Shown one piece after another: positions 43,918 through 56,300 of a stretch of DNA of 64,000 bases (its first letter is position 1; each line of letters opens with the position of its first letter). This DNA is from Adineta vaga. Its lineage: Eukaryota; Animalia; Rotifera. The position numbers were made by a program, and so were the translations under genes. The DNA lies in NCBI GenBank assembly GCA_021613535.1, contig CP075495.1, positions 8,804,001 through 8,868,000 of the forward strand. The letters run 5' to 3'. The notes under the pieces are model-generated. The model was not told the origin of the DNA. It did not search any database and worked only from the letters and a program-made list of their open reading frames with translations.

Positions 43918-45048
43918 TTACGTGTCCATGGTATCATTCGTAGTTGTAGGATTATTGACATTTTTAGTTAGAAAACGTTTAAATGATTCTTCTTCTTGAT
44001 CAAATTCACCATCGTCCTTATTTTTATCGTTGTCATCGTCGTCGTCGTCGTCGTTATCATCGGTATCATCATCATTTTCCATATCATCATATCGAATACG
44101 TTTTTCTCCAATAATACTTTGTTCTGTATCTAAATCATTTTTTAATCGTTTTAAATCTTTTTCATGTTTATCATTTTCACGTTTCGTTCGTTTTTCTTGC
44201 CATTTATCATATTCCACCTTATAAACATGTTCATATTCATGACATGCATCATCAACTGCTTCAAAAAATTCTTTACAACCATCACCGGTCATTGAACTAA
44301 AGCCAACACAACGTAAATTTGCATAGAATTCATCTAATACAAGACTTAATGATCGACATAAATCAGTTGAATAGGAATGTTCTTGTTCGATTGCAGATTG
44401 AAATAATTCGAAATCATTCATCCATTCTAAAGCAAATCGATGATGAATTATATCAGTTTTATTCAATACAACTATAAATGGTAAACGATATTTATATAGT
44501 ATTGATACAGCATAGAGCATATTGGACATGAATGTAATTGGATTTGATGAACGTGGTGTATCCATAATGTAAACAATGACAGTTGGATAAGTTGCACCTA
44601 ATGCTTCCGTGATAATTGTACCGGATGCTGACCATGTAAAGACTTCGATTTGTCCAGGTGTATCAATGAGATAATAGCGATATTTTGATTGATTTTTACT
44701 TAATATTGTTAATAGTTGATCAAATGTTGTTGCAAATAAATTTAAAGATGTAACAATGGCACCATTCGGACCAAGACTATATTGTTTCATCACTTGTTTA
44801 TAATTAACTGTATCACGAATATCAACATTACATGGATAAGGTAATTCATGAACGGCTGGATCAAGATTAACAACATATGGTGCAGTTTTTTCACTATGTA
44901 AGTAAGCATTGATACGTTGAATAAATGTCGTCTTTCCAGAGCCGGCCATACCTAATACCAAGATACATACGGGTAGTTTAGGCTCAGTACTGGCACTGGC
45001 ACTTGTTGTTGTTGTCGGTGGTAGATTTGTTGATGAATCAGTTTCCAT
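43918..45048 (-). CDS. GPN1: GPN-loop GTPase 1, intronless coding region
   Basis: [51 protein letters not shown], acidic tail. Confidence 0.97.
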   Translation of the reverse strand: METDSSTNLPPTTTTSASASTEPKLPVCILVLGMAGSGKTTFIQRINAYLHSEKTAPYVVNLDPAVHELPYPCNVDIRDTVNYKQVMKQYSLGPNGAIVTSLNLFATTFDQLLTILSKNQSKYRYYLIDTPGQIEVFTWSASGTIITEALGATYPTVIVYIMDTPRSSNPITFMSNMLYAVSILYKYRLPFIVVLNKTDIIHHRFALEWMNDFELFQSAIEQEHSYSTDLCRSLSLVLDEFYANLRCVGFSSMTGDGCKEFFEAVDDACHEYEHVYKVEYDKWQEKRTKRENDKHEKDLKRLKNDLDTEQSIIGEKRIRYDDMENDDDTDDNDDDDDDDNDKNKDDGEFDQEEESFKRFLTKNVNNPTTTNDTMDT

Positions 45049-46412
45049 CTAGAAAAACCAAGGAAATTCGTATCTATACAAAAGGAAATCTTTTACTAGC
45101 TAATGATTTAAAGCGACAGAATTCAAAATCTTATAGTCTGTACAATAAGATAACAATCCTTCGTTCCATTTATTCTTATCTATGAGAGGGTTTATTTTTC
45201 TGATAACAACTGAATTCTTTTGGTGGTTCTGATATCTTCTCAATAACCATTTATTAATGTCTTTTTTTTTTGAAGAAAAAAATCAAACAACGAGATAAAA
45301 GAGCGAGCGCAGGTCTGCAAAAAAAAAGAAACAAACAACAATTTCATAACAGTATAATGGTTGAATAGGCTTTTAGAGTAATATAAGGATCCTTTAAAAA
45401 AAAACAAAAAGAAAAATGAACACATTAAAAGAAACAGAGTGCGTACAACTAGCAAATGTTAAACTTTTATCTCTTAGGACATACACTTACACATACATAG
45501 ACATATCGATATAATCATTCTCATTTTTTTCCAAAAACAAATAACGATCAAGACAAAGAAAGTCTCATCGATAAGAGCACGCGGGCACACGATTGATATA
45601 AAATGATAGATAGTTTGGTTTAAAACAAAAAGGAAAAGAAAACCAATCTTCCCTTATGTGTACACACAAAAACACATACAAGAATCGATCCAAACGAAAA
45701 CAAACGGACTGCAATAACCCTCGACAAAACAAATAACAAAAGGCTAAAGATCGCACATACATACACACACACATATATATATATACGTATGAAGAGCTCA
45801 ACGGGACAAATGATAAGAGATCGACGTGTTTTGTTTTAAACTAGTTCGTAAACAATGAAAAGGAAAAAGAAAGAAAACAGAATAGCTTAACCAAAAAAAA
45901 TGGTATGTACACATAATGAGAAGAGAGAGAGAGAGGAAAAACAAAACAAAACTGAATGAGAAAACAGAACCAACAAAAAAGAAAGTAATATAGTATTGCA
46001 TAATGATAACCGATAGTTCACCCATACAAAACAAAAAAAACGAATCCCATCTTTTTTCTTTTCTCTTTCACACGCATACTTTCTAGTAGACATATAGAAA
46101 TCACAACAAACCCAATAAGAGTAAAGAATAATATGTTTTTTTATGAGTAGATAGAGAAGAGCACAAAACAGAATAGACATCGAAATAGAAAATAAGAGGG
46201 AAGAAGAAGAACAATAATAATAATAATAATAATAAGGAAGTTTCTGTTTTTTTTGGCAAGGTTTAAGAAAAGTCAGATAAGTTGAGCAAACACAAACAGG
46301 TATATAAATAATGTAGGGAGGAAAAGAGAGAACAAATCACAGTTTTTCGACGTGACAATAGGGACAAGACAGACGAATATTGTTTCCTTTTTTTCTTCAT
46401 CTTGTGTCGCTC

Positions 46413-49400
46413 TTATTTATTTCGTTTTGGAGGTCCCCAGATAACTGGTATAGTATTCACTGTTGTTTGAAACGCTTCAGTTGGTTTATCCTCAGCTGGT
46501 AATGAGACACCATTGGCGATTGATGGATATTCACCTAAATTGAATTTCAAATATATATATATATATATATATAACACTCATTTCGAATTAATCTTACCTA
46601 AATCATCTAGATTTGGTGCTAATTTCTTTGGTGAAACATCATGTCCATTACGTTGTCGTGAAGTACTTTTCTGTTGATGTTCATTCTCATGTTCATTACC
46701 ATTTGTCCATGGTGCATTTTTAACTTGAAATGGTGCTTGTCGTTGTTTTTTATCATTTCGTGATGATTTCTTATCGTTTGTTGACGGAACTTCTTGTTGT
46801 TGATGTTGTTGAGTATTCGATAATGTTTGACCTAATGTAAATTCACTTTGATTTTGTGTACCAGATGTTGCACGATATGGAAGATCTTGAACGTAATCTT
46901 CTTCTAGCGCTATTAAATGATCAATACAAGCTTCAATTTTATCTGGATCTAAACCAATAACATGTACTTTATCACTTTGGTTGTTTGCTTGAAATTTAAT
47001 TTCAACATTATAATCTTTCATAATTTGTTGTAATTTTTGTCCACCAGAACCAATAATACGTGCATGAATACGTGGATCAATATCGATTTCCATAGTTATT
47101 TTCGATTCAAAATCTTTAATTAATTGTAAAATTTCATCTCGACAAGCAAGTGCTTTATCTTCATAACCAGTTATGACAACTTCAATATCAGCTAATTGAT
47201 TTGAATTATTTGTTTCACTTGGTAATAAAAGATTTTCTTGTGGAGTTGCTTGTTGATCATCTTGTTGTTCAGTTGTATTATCATCATTATCAGTTGTTGT
47301 TGTTGTTGTAGATGGTGTTGGAACAACAGCTGATGCTGGTAATTGATTACTTGATATATCGATTTTAACATCATATTTTTGTCGTAAATTACCGATTGTT
47401 TTCTTACGAAAACCGAATATTAATGAACGATATTCAGGTTTAATGGTAAATCGAACTTCAAATGAACGTGCTTGTCGATCAGCTTGAAGTTTTTCATAAG
47501 ATTCAAGTAATTCTTTACGTGCACCTTCGACTTGTTCACGTTGACCTTTTAATTGAATTGTATTTTGTGCTGAATTAATTGGTGGAAATGTTATTTGAAC
47601 ATCAGGATATTTTTTAATTAATATTTGAAGATTACTACCACCTTTACCAACTAATGAACCATGAGTATCACATGGAATATCCACAGTACTTTCGACTGGA
47701 ATCATTTTTTCTAAATCAACCATTGCTTTATCAATATCATCAGCACGACCTGAAATACGAACAATATCTTTTTGTGTTTCATCATCAGTTGTCGTTGTTG
47801 TTGTTGTTGTTGCTGTTGTTGTTGTTTCTTGTTCATCTTTTTGATTATTTCCATTACGTGGTGGAAATTTAATTTGAACATTATGCTCTTTTTGAATTGG
47901 TTGTATATAAGTACCACCTTGAGCAAGTAAATATCCGTGATGACGATGTGGAATTGTCATTTCTTTGGTAACTGTATTTTCCCATGTATCAATTAAATCT
48001 TCTAAACGTTTTCGTACTTGTTCAATTGATTCTTTAGGTCCACGAAGTAAAACTTGATCAGAATTGGCATTACGTTCAGGTAATTTAATTAACATATCGC
48101 CATATTGTTGTTGTAAATCAGTTAATAATTTACGTCGATTTTGAAAGAATTTACTATGCCATTTTGGATCAATTGTCATATATTGTTCGATTGAATTCTC
48201 CATGGATGTATTCAATTGATTGATATGTTCTTCAAGAACTTTTCGTGCTTTATCAACATCCACTTTTTTACCATTCAAACGAATTGATGTTGATTCTTTA
48301 GTATCATCAAGTGACGGTACATCAATACGAACATCAGGTGTTTGATCACGTAAACGTTGAATATTAGCTCCACCTTTACCAATTAACATGGGATATAAAC
48401 GTTTTGGTACATCGATTTCAATTGAATAAAGATCTTTGACTTTTTGTTGTAGAAATTTCGTACATTTTTCGACATCCTCTTTATCACCATGTAATGTAAC
48501 TTTATCACTTTTACCGTTAGCTTCGGGAAATGTGATTTGAATATTATTAAATTTCGAACGAACTTCATCTAAGTTTTTGCCTTTAGCACCAATAATTTGT
48601 GGATAATATTGAGGATCGATACTTAAATTTGTTGTCAATTCATTGGACTACAAAAAGAAAAACAATATTCAATTCAATCGGAAAAGATTTCTATTATGAA
48701 CGAAAGTCTTAATAGTCAATGAGATATTGAACCTTTCGAAGTTTTGAAGATTTAAAAATGAGTAGATATGCGATTGATCAAAGGAAACTTGCAAATTTGT
48801 TTACAAGTGATTTAATTTGATTTTGTTCTGCGTCTCTTTACTTTACCCAAATGTCTTTGTACTGATCATTATTAATTGTAGTATCATGATTTCTATTTTA
48901 TGATATCAATCCCATGAGAAATCTTCCTGATAGAATATCTACTTCTCACGCATTCGATGTCAAAGAAAAATATAATTTGAAATCTTACCATTTTCTTTGC
49001 TTTTTCAAGTAATAATTGTCGTGCTTTTTCGACATTTTCTTTGGTACCCATTAATTTAACTTTTCGACCTTCATCAAAAGGAAATTTAATATCACATCCT
49101 GTTTGTTCTTGCATTTCAAGTAATCGTGCTTGACTTTTTCCAATTAATTGTTTGTAATATGCTGGATCGATTTCCACTTCTAAATATGTTGTATTCTTGC
49201 TTTTTAACTCATCAATTGCTGTTTGAATTTGACTTCGAACACGTTCAACTTCTTCTGGTGGTCCTTCCAATGAAATATTATCATCTCGAAAGAAGATTTT
49301 AACATCGGGATGTGCTTTGCGAAAGTTTTCAAGATGACTATTACGTTCGCCTTTGACAGCACCGTGCATCCAACGTGGTGCATTGATTTGAGCAGCTGTT

Positions 49401-51240
49401 AAAGCATTCGCCTAAAATAAAAAATATTCGATTCTATTTTTGTCATCTAAGAACAGCTAAAATATATACCATTTTATATATCATTGTAATTGCTTCACCA
49501 ATCTTAGTTGTTTCACCCATGACTTGAATGGTTGGTGAATTATCTTCTTGATTCGGAATACGAACAATAACATTGGTTTTATCAAAGATTTCTTTTAAAC
49601 CAGCACCTTTTTTACCCAAAATAAATCGATGTTGTTCGCATGGAATCTCCAATGGAAAAGTCATGATTTTTCCTTCCTATAAATGGAATTGGAATGATCA
49701 AAACATGAACTAGCAAGAGAACAAATTTTATCTTACCAAACTTTTGTAGAATTGTAAAATTCTTGTTTTTGCTTGATCAACGGGTTCGCGTTCACCACGT
49801 ATGGAAATTTCATCGGTGTGTTTAATTGGTGGTGGTAAATCAATAGTTACTTTGAATTGCTGTTGTAAATCATCCACCAATTGATAACGAATCCATGGAT
49901 GATATAAATAAGGAATTGATAAACGTTCAAAACCTTTATTCAATTGTGTATGATATAATTCAAGGATACGTTGTTCACATAATTTAACATTATCTTTGGC
50001 ACCTTGAACAGCTATAGCATTTGACTGACTATCTTGTGGTGGTACAGTAATACGTGTTAATGTTTCCTGTTCTAAAAGTTTTAATGTTGCACCACGTGGA
50101 CCAATAATATAACGATGAAAATCCAATGGAACATTCACTGATAATTTCACAGGTCTTTGAACTTCACGAAGAAGTTGAACTTGTGCAGCACGAACTTGTT
50201 CAGGTCGACCGGTGATTTGCACAATTAACGTTTCATTTTTATAGAAAAATGTTATATTTGTATCTAAATGAAAAGAAATTTTGAATAAAAAAAAGACTTC
50301 ATTTTCAATCATCAATTCGTACTTGTTTCTTTTTGAATACGCATACAAAGTTTTTGTATTGGTTGCCCATTATTAGTAGTAGCACCAGTATTGCGCGATG
50401 ATTGATTACCACCACGACGAGAATTATCCATTTTATCCAACACCCGTTCATCTGGAGGTATTTCAATCTTTGAAGAAAAAAAGAAAAGAAAACCATTCAC
50501 AAAAGTTTAAATTAAAAATATTCGCGTTTAGTTATATAAAAACTATCGATAAACTTCAAAAACTTCAGATTATACCTATAGTTCTAATGAAAAAAAGTTG
50601 TCTTTATCAATGAAATGTTGTGTGAATCTAGTAACAATTGAAGTACAATGATTAGAGGTTATGTTTGAATTTGTTATCATATTGAATAGATCATTTATCT
50701 TTTATAGGAAAAAAAGAAGAAGAAGAACAAGAGAGTAGAACCTCAAAATAGATTTTCAATGTCTTCATGACCAAAGTTGTACTTTCTCCATAAATAAGTG
50801 TACTTGAGAGAAAAATAACGTATGAAACCTTAAAAATGTCTTCATAAACTCAAATAATTTATTGCACTGCAAGAAGAGTAAATATGAAATATTTTCATAT
50901 TTCGAAAACAACTTACAATTTTAGTTGTGGCTGATGACGCATGAATAGCCATTGTACGTCGTCGTTCATCTTCAGTTTTTGCTGATGAATACAATGATGT
51001 TGTAGTATTAGCCATGGCACCTGTTGAATTATTTCCATTTAATGATGATGATGGAAATGGTGAGGAGAAAAATGTACTTGAACGATTAGCATCGACTTGT
51101 CCAGCTGATTTTAATTGCGGGAAAGCTTCATTGTAATCAGGTACTTCATCAATATCGATTTTTTTCGCCGTTTTTGACGAAGTTAACCCAAGTCCAGTCG
51201 TATCAATAAGACCATTTTCTCCGAAATAATTATCATCCAT
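46413..51240 (-). CDS. HDLBP: Vigilin (multi-KH-domain RNA-binding protein), 7 coding exons, ~1,270 aa
   Basis: N-terminal PDYNEAFPQL, many KH GxxG loops (IIGPRG, ILGKKG, IIGAKG, LIGKGG, LVGKGG, IIGSGG), FQVKNAPW and a terminal WGP motif. Confidence 0.93.
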
Positions 51241-51840
51241 TGCCGCGGCCGTGATTTCTTTAGTCCTAGAAAATAAAAATAAAAATATCATGATCTATCT
51301 CTACTATTACAATCGAAAGTGTCTAAGAATGTTTTATTACAATGAATGTGACTACTTTCGTGAAAGAAGAAGAAGAGAAGAAAAAAAACGAAAAGAACAA
51401 AGTCAACATAACAACAAATGTGATGTATGCATATAAATATATGAGAGACAAAGACATGAAGGAAAAGAAGAAGGAAAAAGAAGGGAGAAAGAAAAAGTCT
51501 ACACGTTCGAATTTAACACACAATCCTATCGATTGTTCATCAGTAGGCGAACAAATTTTTTTTCTTCTTCTCTTTACATGCACACGTACATCAGATGTGT
51601 GCATAAGGTCGATATCATATCAATAAAAGAAAGCGCACGAGTGAAAATGAAGATGCATAGAAAAAGAAAGTACTAAAAAACATCTGTTCGCAGCAACGAT
51701 GAAGACGACGACGAATAAAGTGGCGACCGATATTCATTCTGTTTTTGTTCTTTATCTCTATCTGCAAAGAGAACAAAAGAAATGATAATCGAATTTTTTT
51801 GTTTCGTTTGTTCTCTTCAAAATTTTTGTATTCTCTACTA

Positions 51841-52395
51841 TTACAAAGCAACTTTTTCATTATTCATTTCATCAAAAATATCAGCTCTACGTAATTGTCT
51901 ACTTAATTGAAACCATCGATTACATATTCCAATATCAATAATTCGAGCATTTCGTTTTAAATTTAAATATGAACAGATATTTTCATAAAATCGATGTGAA
52001 AAATCATTTGTTCGATGTTGATTTCGATAAATAATTAATGAAAATAGATAACAATCAACGAAATGTATTTGATCTCGTAATAATAATTGTTCTATGGTAT
52101 CGATATAAGTTTCTACTTGTCGATTTCGTATAAGACTTGATGTTAATAATTCTTGATGACGAAAGTTTACTAAATCGTTTTGATACGATTGAAATGATGG
52201 CATCGTTCGATATGCATAGATAAGTAACGAGATATTTGTTGAATAGAAGATTGTTTTTATTGGTCGTTGAATCATTTTTTTGCCAGTATCAATAAGTGCA
52301 TCCCGATAATCAGAGGAAAGTTGTTTTATATATTTATATACTAATGCTGATGGACGACGTATAAGAAGATTATTAGCTTTGCCCAAAAAGGCCAT
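51841..52395 (-). CDS. TIMM29: Mitochondrial inner membrane translocase subunit Tim29-like
   Basis: DYRDA...RPIKT...TM...IRN...FSLIIY...YENICSYL...RIIDIGICNRWFQL...DI matches the recalled Tim29 pattern. Confidence 0.8.
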   Translation of the reverse strand: MAFLGKANNLLIRRPSALVYKYIKQLSSDYRDALIDTGKKMIQRPIKTIFYSTNISLLIYAYRTMPSFQSYQNDLVNFRHQELLTSSLIRNRQVETYIDTIEQLLLRDQIHFVDCYLFSLIIYRNQHRTNDFSHRFYENICSYLNLKRNARIIDIGICNRWFQLSRQLRRADIFDEMNNEKVAL

Positions 52396-52537
52396 GATGT
52401 TTTCTTTTTTTCCTATCTAATTGGATAAATAACACTTAAAAATAAAAGTCTCACCTGAATAGAGATTTAACTAGCAAATATCTATCGAATATGTAAGAAA
52501 TATCGTAAGGGTTATAACGAAAGATAAATAGGTGATC

Positions 52538-52611
52538 TTCTCGCGAAAAAGAAAAAACGACGAGAGAAGAATGTGTGATACGCGTACAACAATTTCTAGC
52601 GAATGACGTCA
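52538..52611. promoter_or_regulatory. Cluster of CpG-containing motifs (E2F-like TTCTCGCGAAAA, ACGCGT, CRE TGACGTCA) in the TIMM29/TGFBRAP1 divergent promoter
   Basis: Motifs at 52538-52549, 52580-52585 and 52604-52611 in otherwise AT-rich DNA; function is not demonstrated. Confidence 0.3.
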
Positions 52612-53372
52612 CAGATTTTAGGAAGGAAAAGAGTTAAATATACAACAGAGAATTTTTCAAGAAAAACTTAGAAAATTATCTTGATTTTTTCTTAATAAAC
52701 ATAAAGATATATGAAATTGAAATTTTTAATCAACTAGAAAACTAACGACTAAGTGATTTATGCAGAAATATGATTGAGGCTAGTAGATTGATTTCTATTG
52801 GTTATTCGATGACCAATCATTGATGAGAAGATATGAAGATTAGAGTTTTTGCAAATACCTTGAAGAAAGTTTTTAGAAAATATTTCTTTAGTCAGAAAAC
52901 GTTGACGACAATATAGCGATACATAAAAATGAATACTCAATTGAGCATATTTAAATATACGTACTACGCATCGTATACATAAGAACACGAGTACTATTCA
53001 TTAATAAGAGTATATGCAATTTTTGTTTAGTGATAATACTAATCAATCTAAGTTTAGATGAATGTCTGACTGATGTACTTAGTTAAATAAGTTATAATCA
53101 ATTATTTGATTTCAATCACATAGTAATGTATGTCATAGATTGCAAATGTCGTCTACTTCGAATAAGATCAGTATAGAAAACACTTGATCAATTATTGAGT
53201 ATATTTTCTACAAATAAACACAAAAATCCAATGTATGAAAATATTTATTTTAACAAATAATTGAATTATATTAATTGAATGTACACATATTTGAACATTA
53301 TACCATAATTAAAAGCGTACTCTTTCTGTGTATTTATATTAATTTCCGTATTTAGATTGAATTATTACTGCA

Positions 53373-56300
53373 ATGGCACTCAATATTTTCACGTCAACTA
53401 CAGTTTGGTCTCGATTAAAACCATCGGATAGTAGAATAGGAGAGGTAAGATTGAAAACTGATGTTGTAAAATATTTAAATCATTGAACAAGATCATCATG
53501 AGTGTATATTACATTACAAATTCATTATATTATTTTTTTTCTTTTTCAAAGATTCAATGTATTGATATAAGCAATGATTCTATATCAATGTCGACTCCAT
53601 TCTCTGCTCGCATCAATGATTTATATATTGGAACTACTGATGGGTAAGTTATGTCTTTTGCTTTATTAAATATATAAGTGCTACAAGAAATCAATATTCG
53701 TTTTCTTTTTATTGATTAGTAATAAGAGAGATTCAATCATATTTAGAGGTTAGAAAGATCAAATGTTTAATTCAATCCTTCTTAGTCAATTGAGAAATTT
53801 ATTAACTTATCCTTTGTCATTATACACATTAATAGATGCGTTTTGAATTTTAAATCGATAAGCAACCTTTAAAAAACAAAATCACTGATATTATCAATTC
53901 TCCCATGAGTATATTCTTAAGAAAAGAAAAAAAGATTCCTTTCCATAGAGAAATATTCTAATGAACAAACATCTTGCACATGTACACATCTACTATCTAT
54001 TCTTCGTCTTCTTATATGAAGATAAATTATAGATATATCGTTACGATGGTACTATTCTTTTCCTAATGTATATCAGGTTCTTTTTCTTCTTTATTTGACC
54101 ATGGTCGACAGGCGATGAAATATTGGATCAAGAGTCAAACGTCTAGATGTGCAATAGAAATGAAAATCAATATCTTACATAAGAAAGAATAGCTTGTTTG
54201 CTATACTACTGATTCATGGTCATTAGTGTTCTTCTTCTGTCGAAGTAAATCTTTGCATATGTATATTTACATATTGAACAACACTTTGGAGAGATGATGA
54301 CATTTTCGTTAGAGGTAAAAGAAAAGTGCAAGAAATATTCATCTTCTTCGCTTTTCTTTTCAATTATTTAAATAGCAAATAGGAAAAAAAAACGAATAAC
54401 TATATCGTAGTGATTTATCATATCAGTTCAATATCATTGAATAGTTCTTCTTTTTATCAGTGAATTGAAAGTGTTTATTATTTACGATGACGACGTGATT
54501 ATCATATAAAATACATATTGATTGTCTATGAACGAGTAGTACTTGACATTTTAATAGCCATTGTTGACGAGAAAAGGAAATGACCTATGACAACTTAAGA
54601 GATCAAAAGATAGTCACTCATAAAATGTGTCATCAAGAGAGATAATTAGAGATTTTTATGTAGTACAAAGAAACAAATCAATCAACATCTGAGTGATTTT
54701 TATCATGATGTTGGTTAATTAAATTATTAGATGTGAATGTTTCGATTTGTTTAAGAAAAGAAAAATCATGTTTTCTAAAAGAATCGCATTTCATGCTGTG
54801 ATGCAACGGATTTCCTCCGCCCAGTTTCAACACGGAACAAAGAATAGCCGTCGCCGTTGGTCATTCATTCATTCATTCATTCATTTATCATAATCACTAG
54901 TTAGTATAGTGCAATTCTCTCGTATAATCATAGTGAACATACAGGAGAGAGAACATTTTTTTTCTCTTCTTTGCCTTCCTTTTCTTCAACGTTTGAGCAG
55001 TGCATCGAGAGAAAAGGAGAGAAACAAGCTCTATCATAGTTTTACTCTACTATTCTTTATCATCACTGTCTCGTCTCATTTTCTTTCTCTCTCAACATGC
55101 TGTGCTCTCTTCAGCGATAACGATGTAAATTAGAACTCTTCTTCCTGTACGTACAAACATATATATATATACGTATACATCTCTTGATTCAACGTTGTGT
55201 CAAATTAATTAAACTTTATTAAACATTTTCTTAATGTTGATTCGTCGAACAGCAAAGTTTTTCTCTCAATTTATTCTTCTACTAACAATATTAAAATATA
55301 GTTTATCAGAAACTGATGAACATGATCAGACATCAAATCAATTATTCAATATTCTCGGTACATTACAACCATTTCGTTCTCAATTTTGTCAATTTAAATT
55401 CGAAAATTGTATTCAAGATTCTTCGTATGCTGATCAACTTGATAATGATTGTAATATCTATTCACGTTTACGCGATTGTTTTCGTTCATTACTTGATGAA
55501 ACTCAATGTTTAACTATTCAATTAAAACGTCAATATAAAAAAGCGAAACAAAATGAATATGAATCATGTGGTATTGCTCTGTCATATGAATCCATCAATT
55601 CATCCATTTATACAACATCATCATCAATGAAATTGAATATGAATTATTTAACAGTATTTTTTCTATTTCCTCTACGTATACTATACTTTTGAATTCAACA
55701 ACAAAAGATACAAACAATCCATTCCGGTGATTTTCTTTTCTCTCTTCAAATTGATCTCGACGTCAGACGTTCGTTATTCACATTGCTGTATCAATTGAAT
55801 ACATACATAGATTATGAACACGTTCAATACGTTTAAATGATATTTGTCTAGTGCTCTATGATCAAGATAAATAATCGATGCTGACCAAGTGGTAATTGAA
55901 CTCAATATATGTGTGTGTGTGTGTGTGTTCATTTTTTGAACATAGCGAAAGAACTTGTGTCAATAAACTTTCAATCATTCTTAGAAAAAGAAAAAAAGCC
56001 TTAGCATATAGTTCGATTAAACGATTATGCAGTTGAATTATATTTCCCTGCAGGGGTGCTGTTGTCTCGTTCAGTTTTGTTCTTCTTCTTGTTTGTATAA
56101 AGAAAAAGAAAACGAAGTAATCGACGAATATGATTAATCGATTGTATGATTTAGTCTTGTATAAAATGGGGGGCGTTCTTCTTTATGTGTATATAAGCTA
56201 GAAGCATTTTTCTTGTCTGATGGGATATTATTGATAAGAAAACATAGATATTGATAACACCTGTTATTGAAATAAGAAAGAATTTGATTTAATTAATCGA

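Noticed and set aside
45049-45100. AG immediately before the GPN1 ATG as a trans-splice site
   Set aside because: A GTAAAA donor ~47 nt upstream explains it as an ordinary 5' UTR intron; the same applies to katanin.
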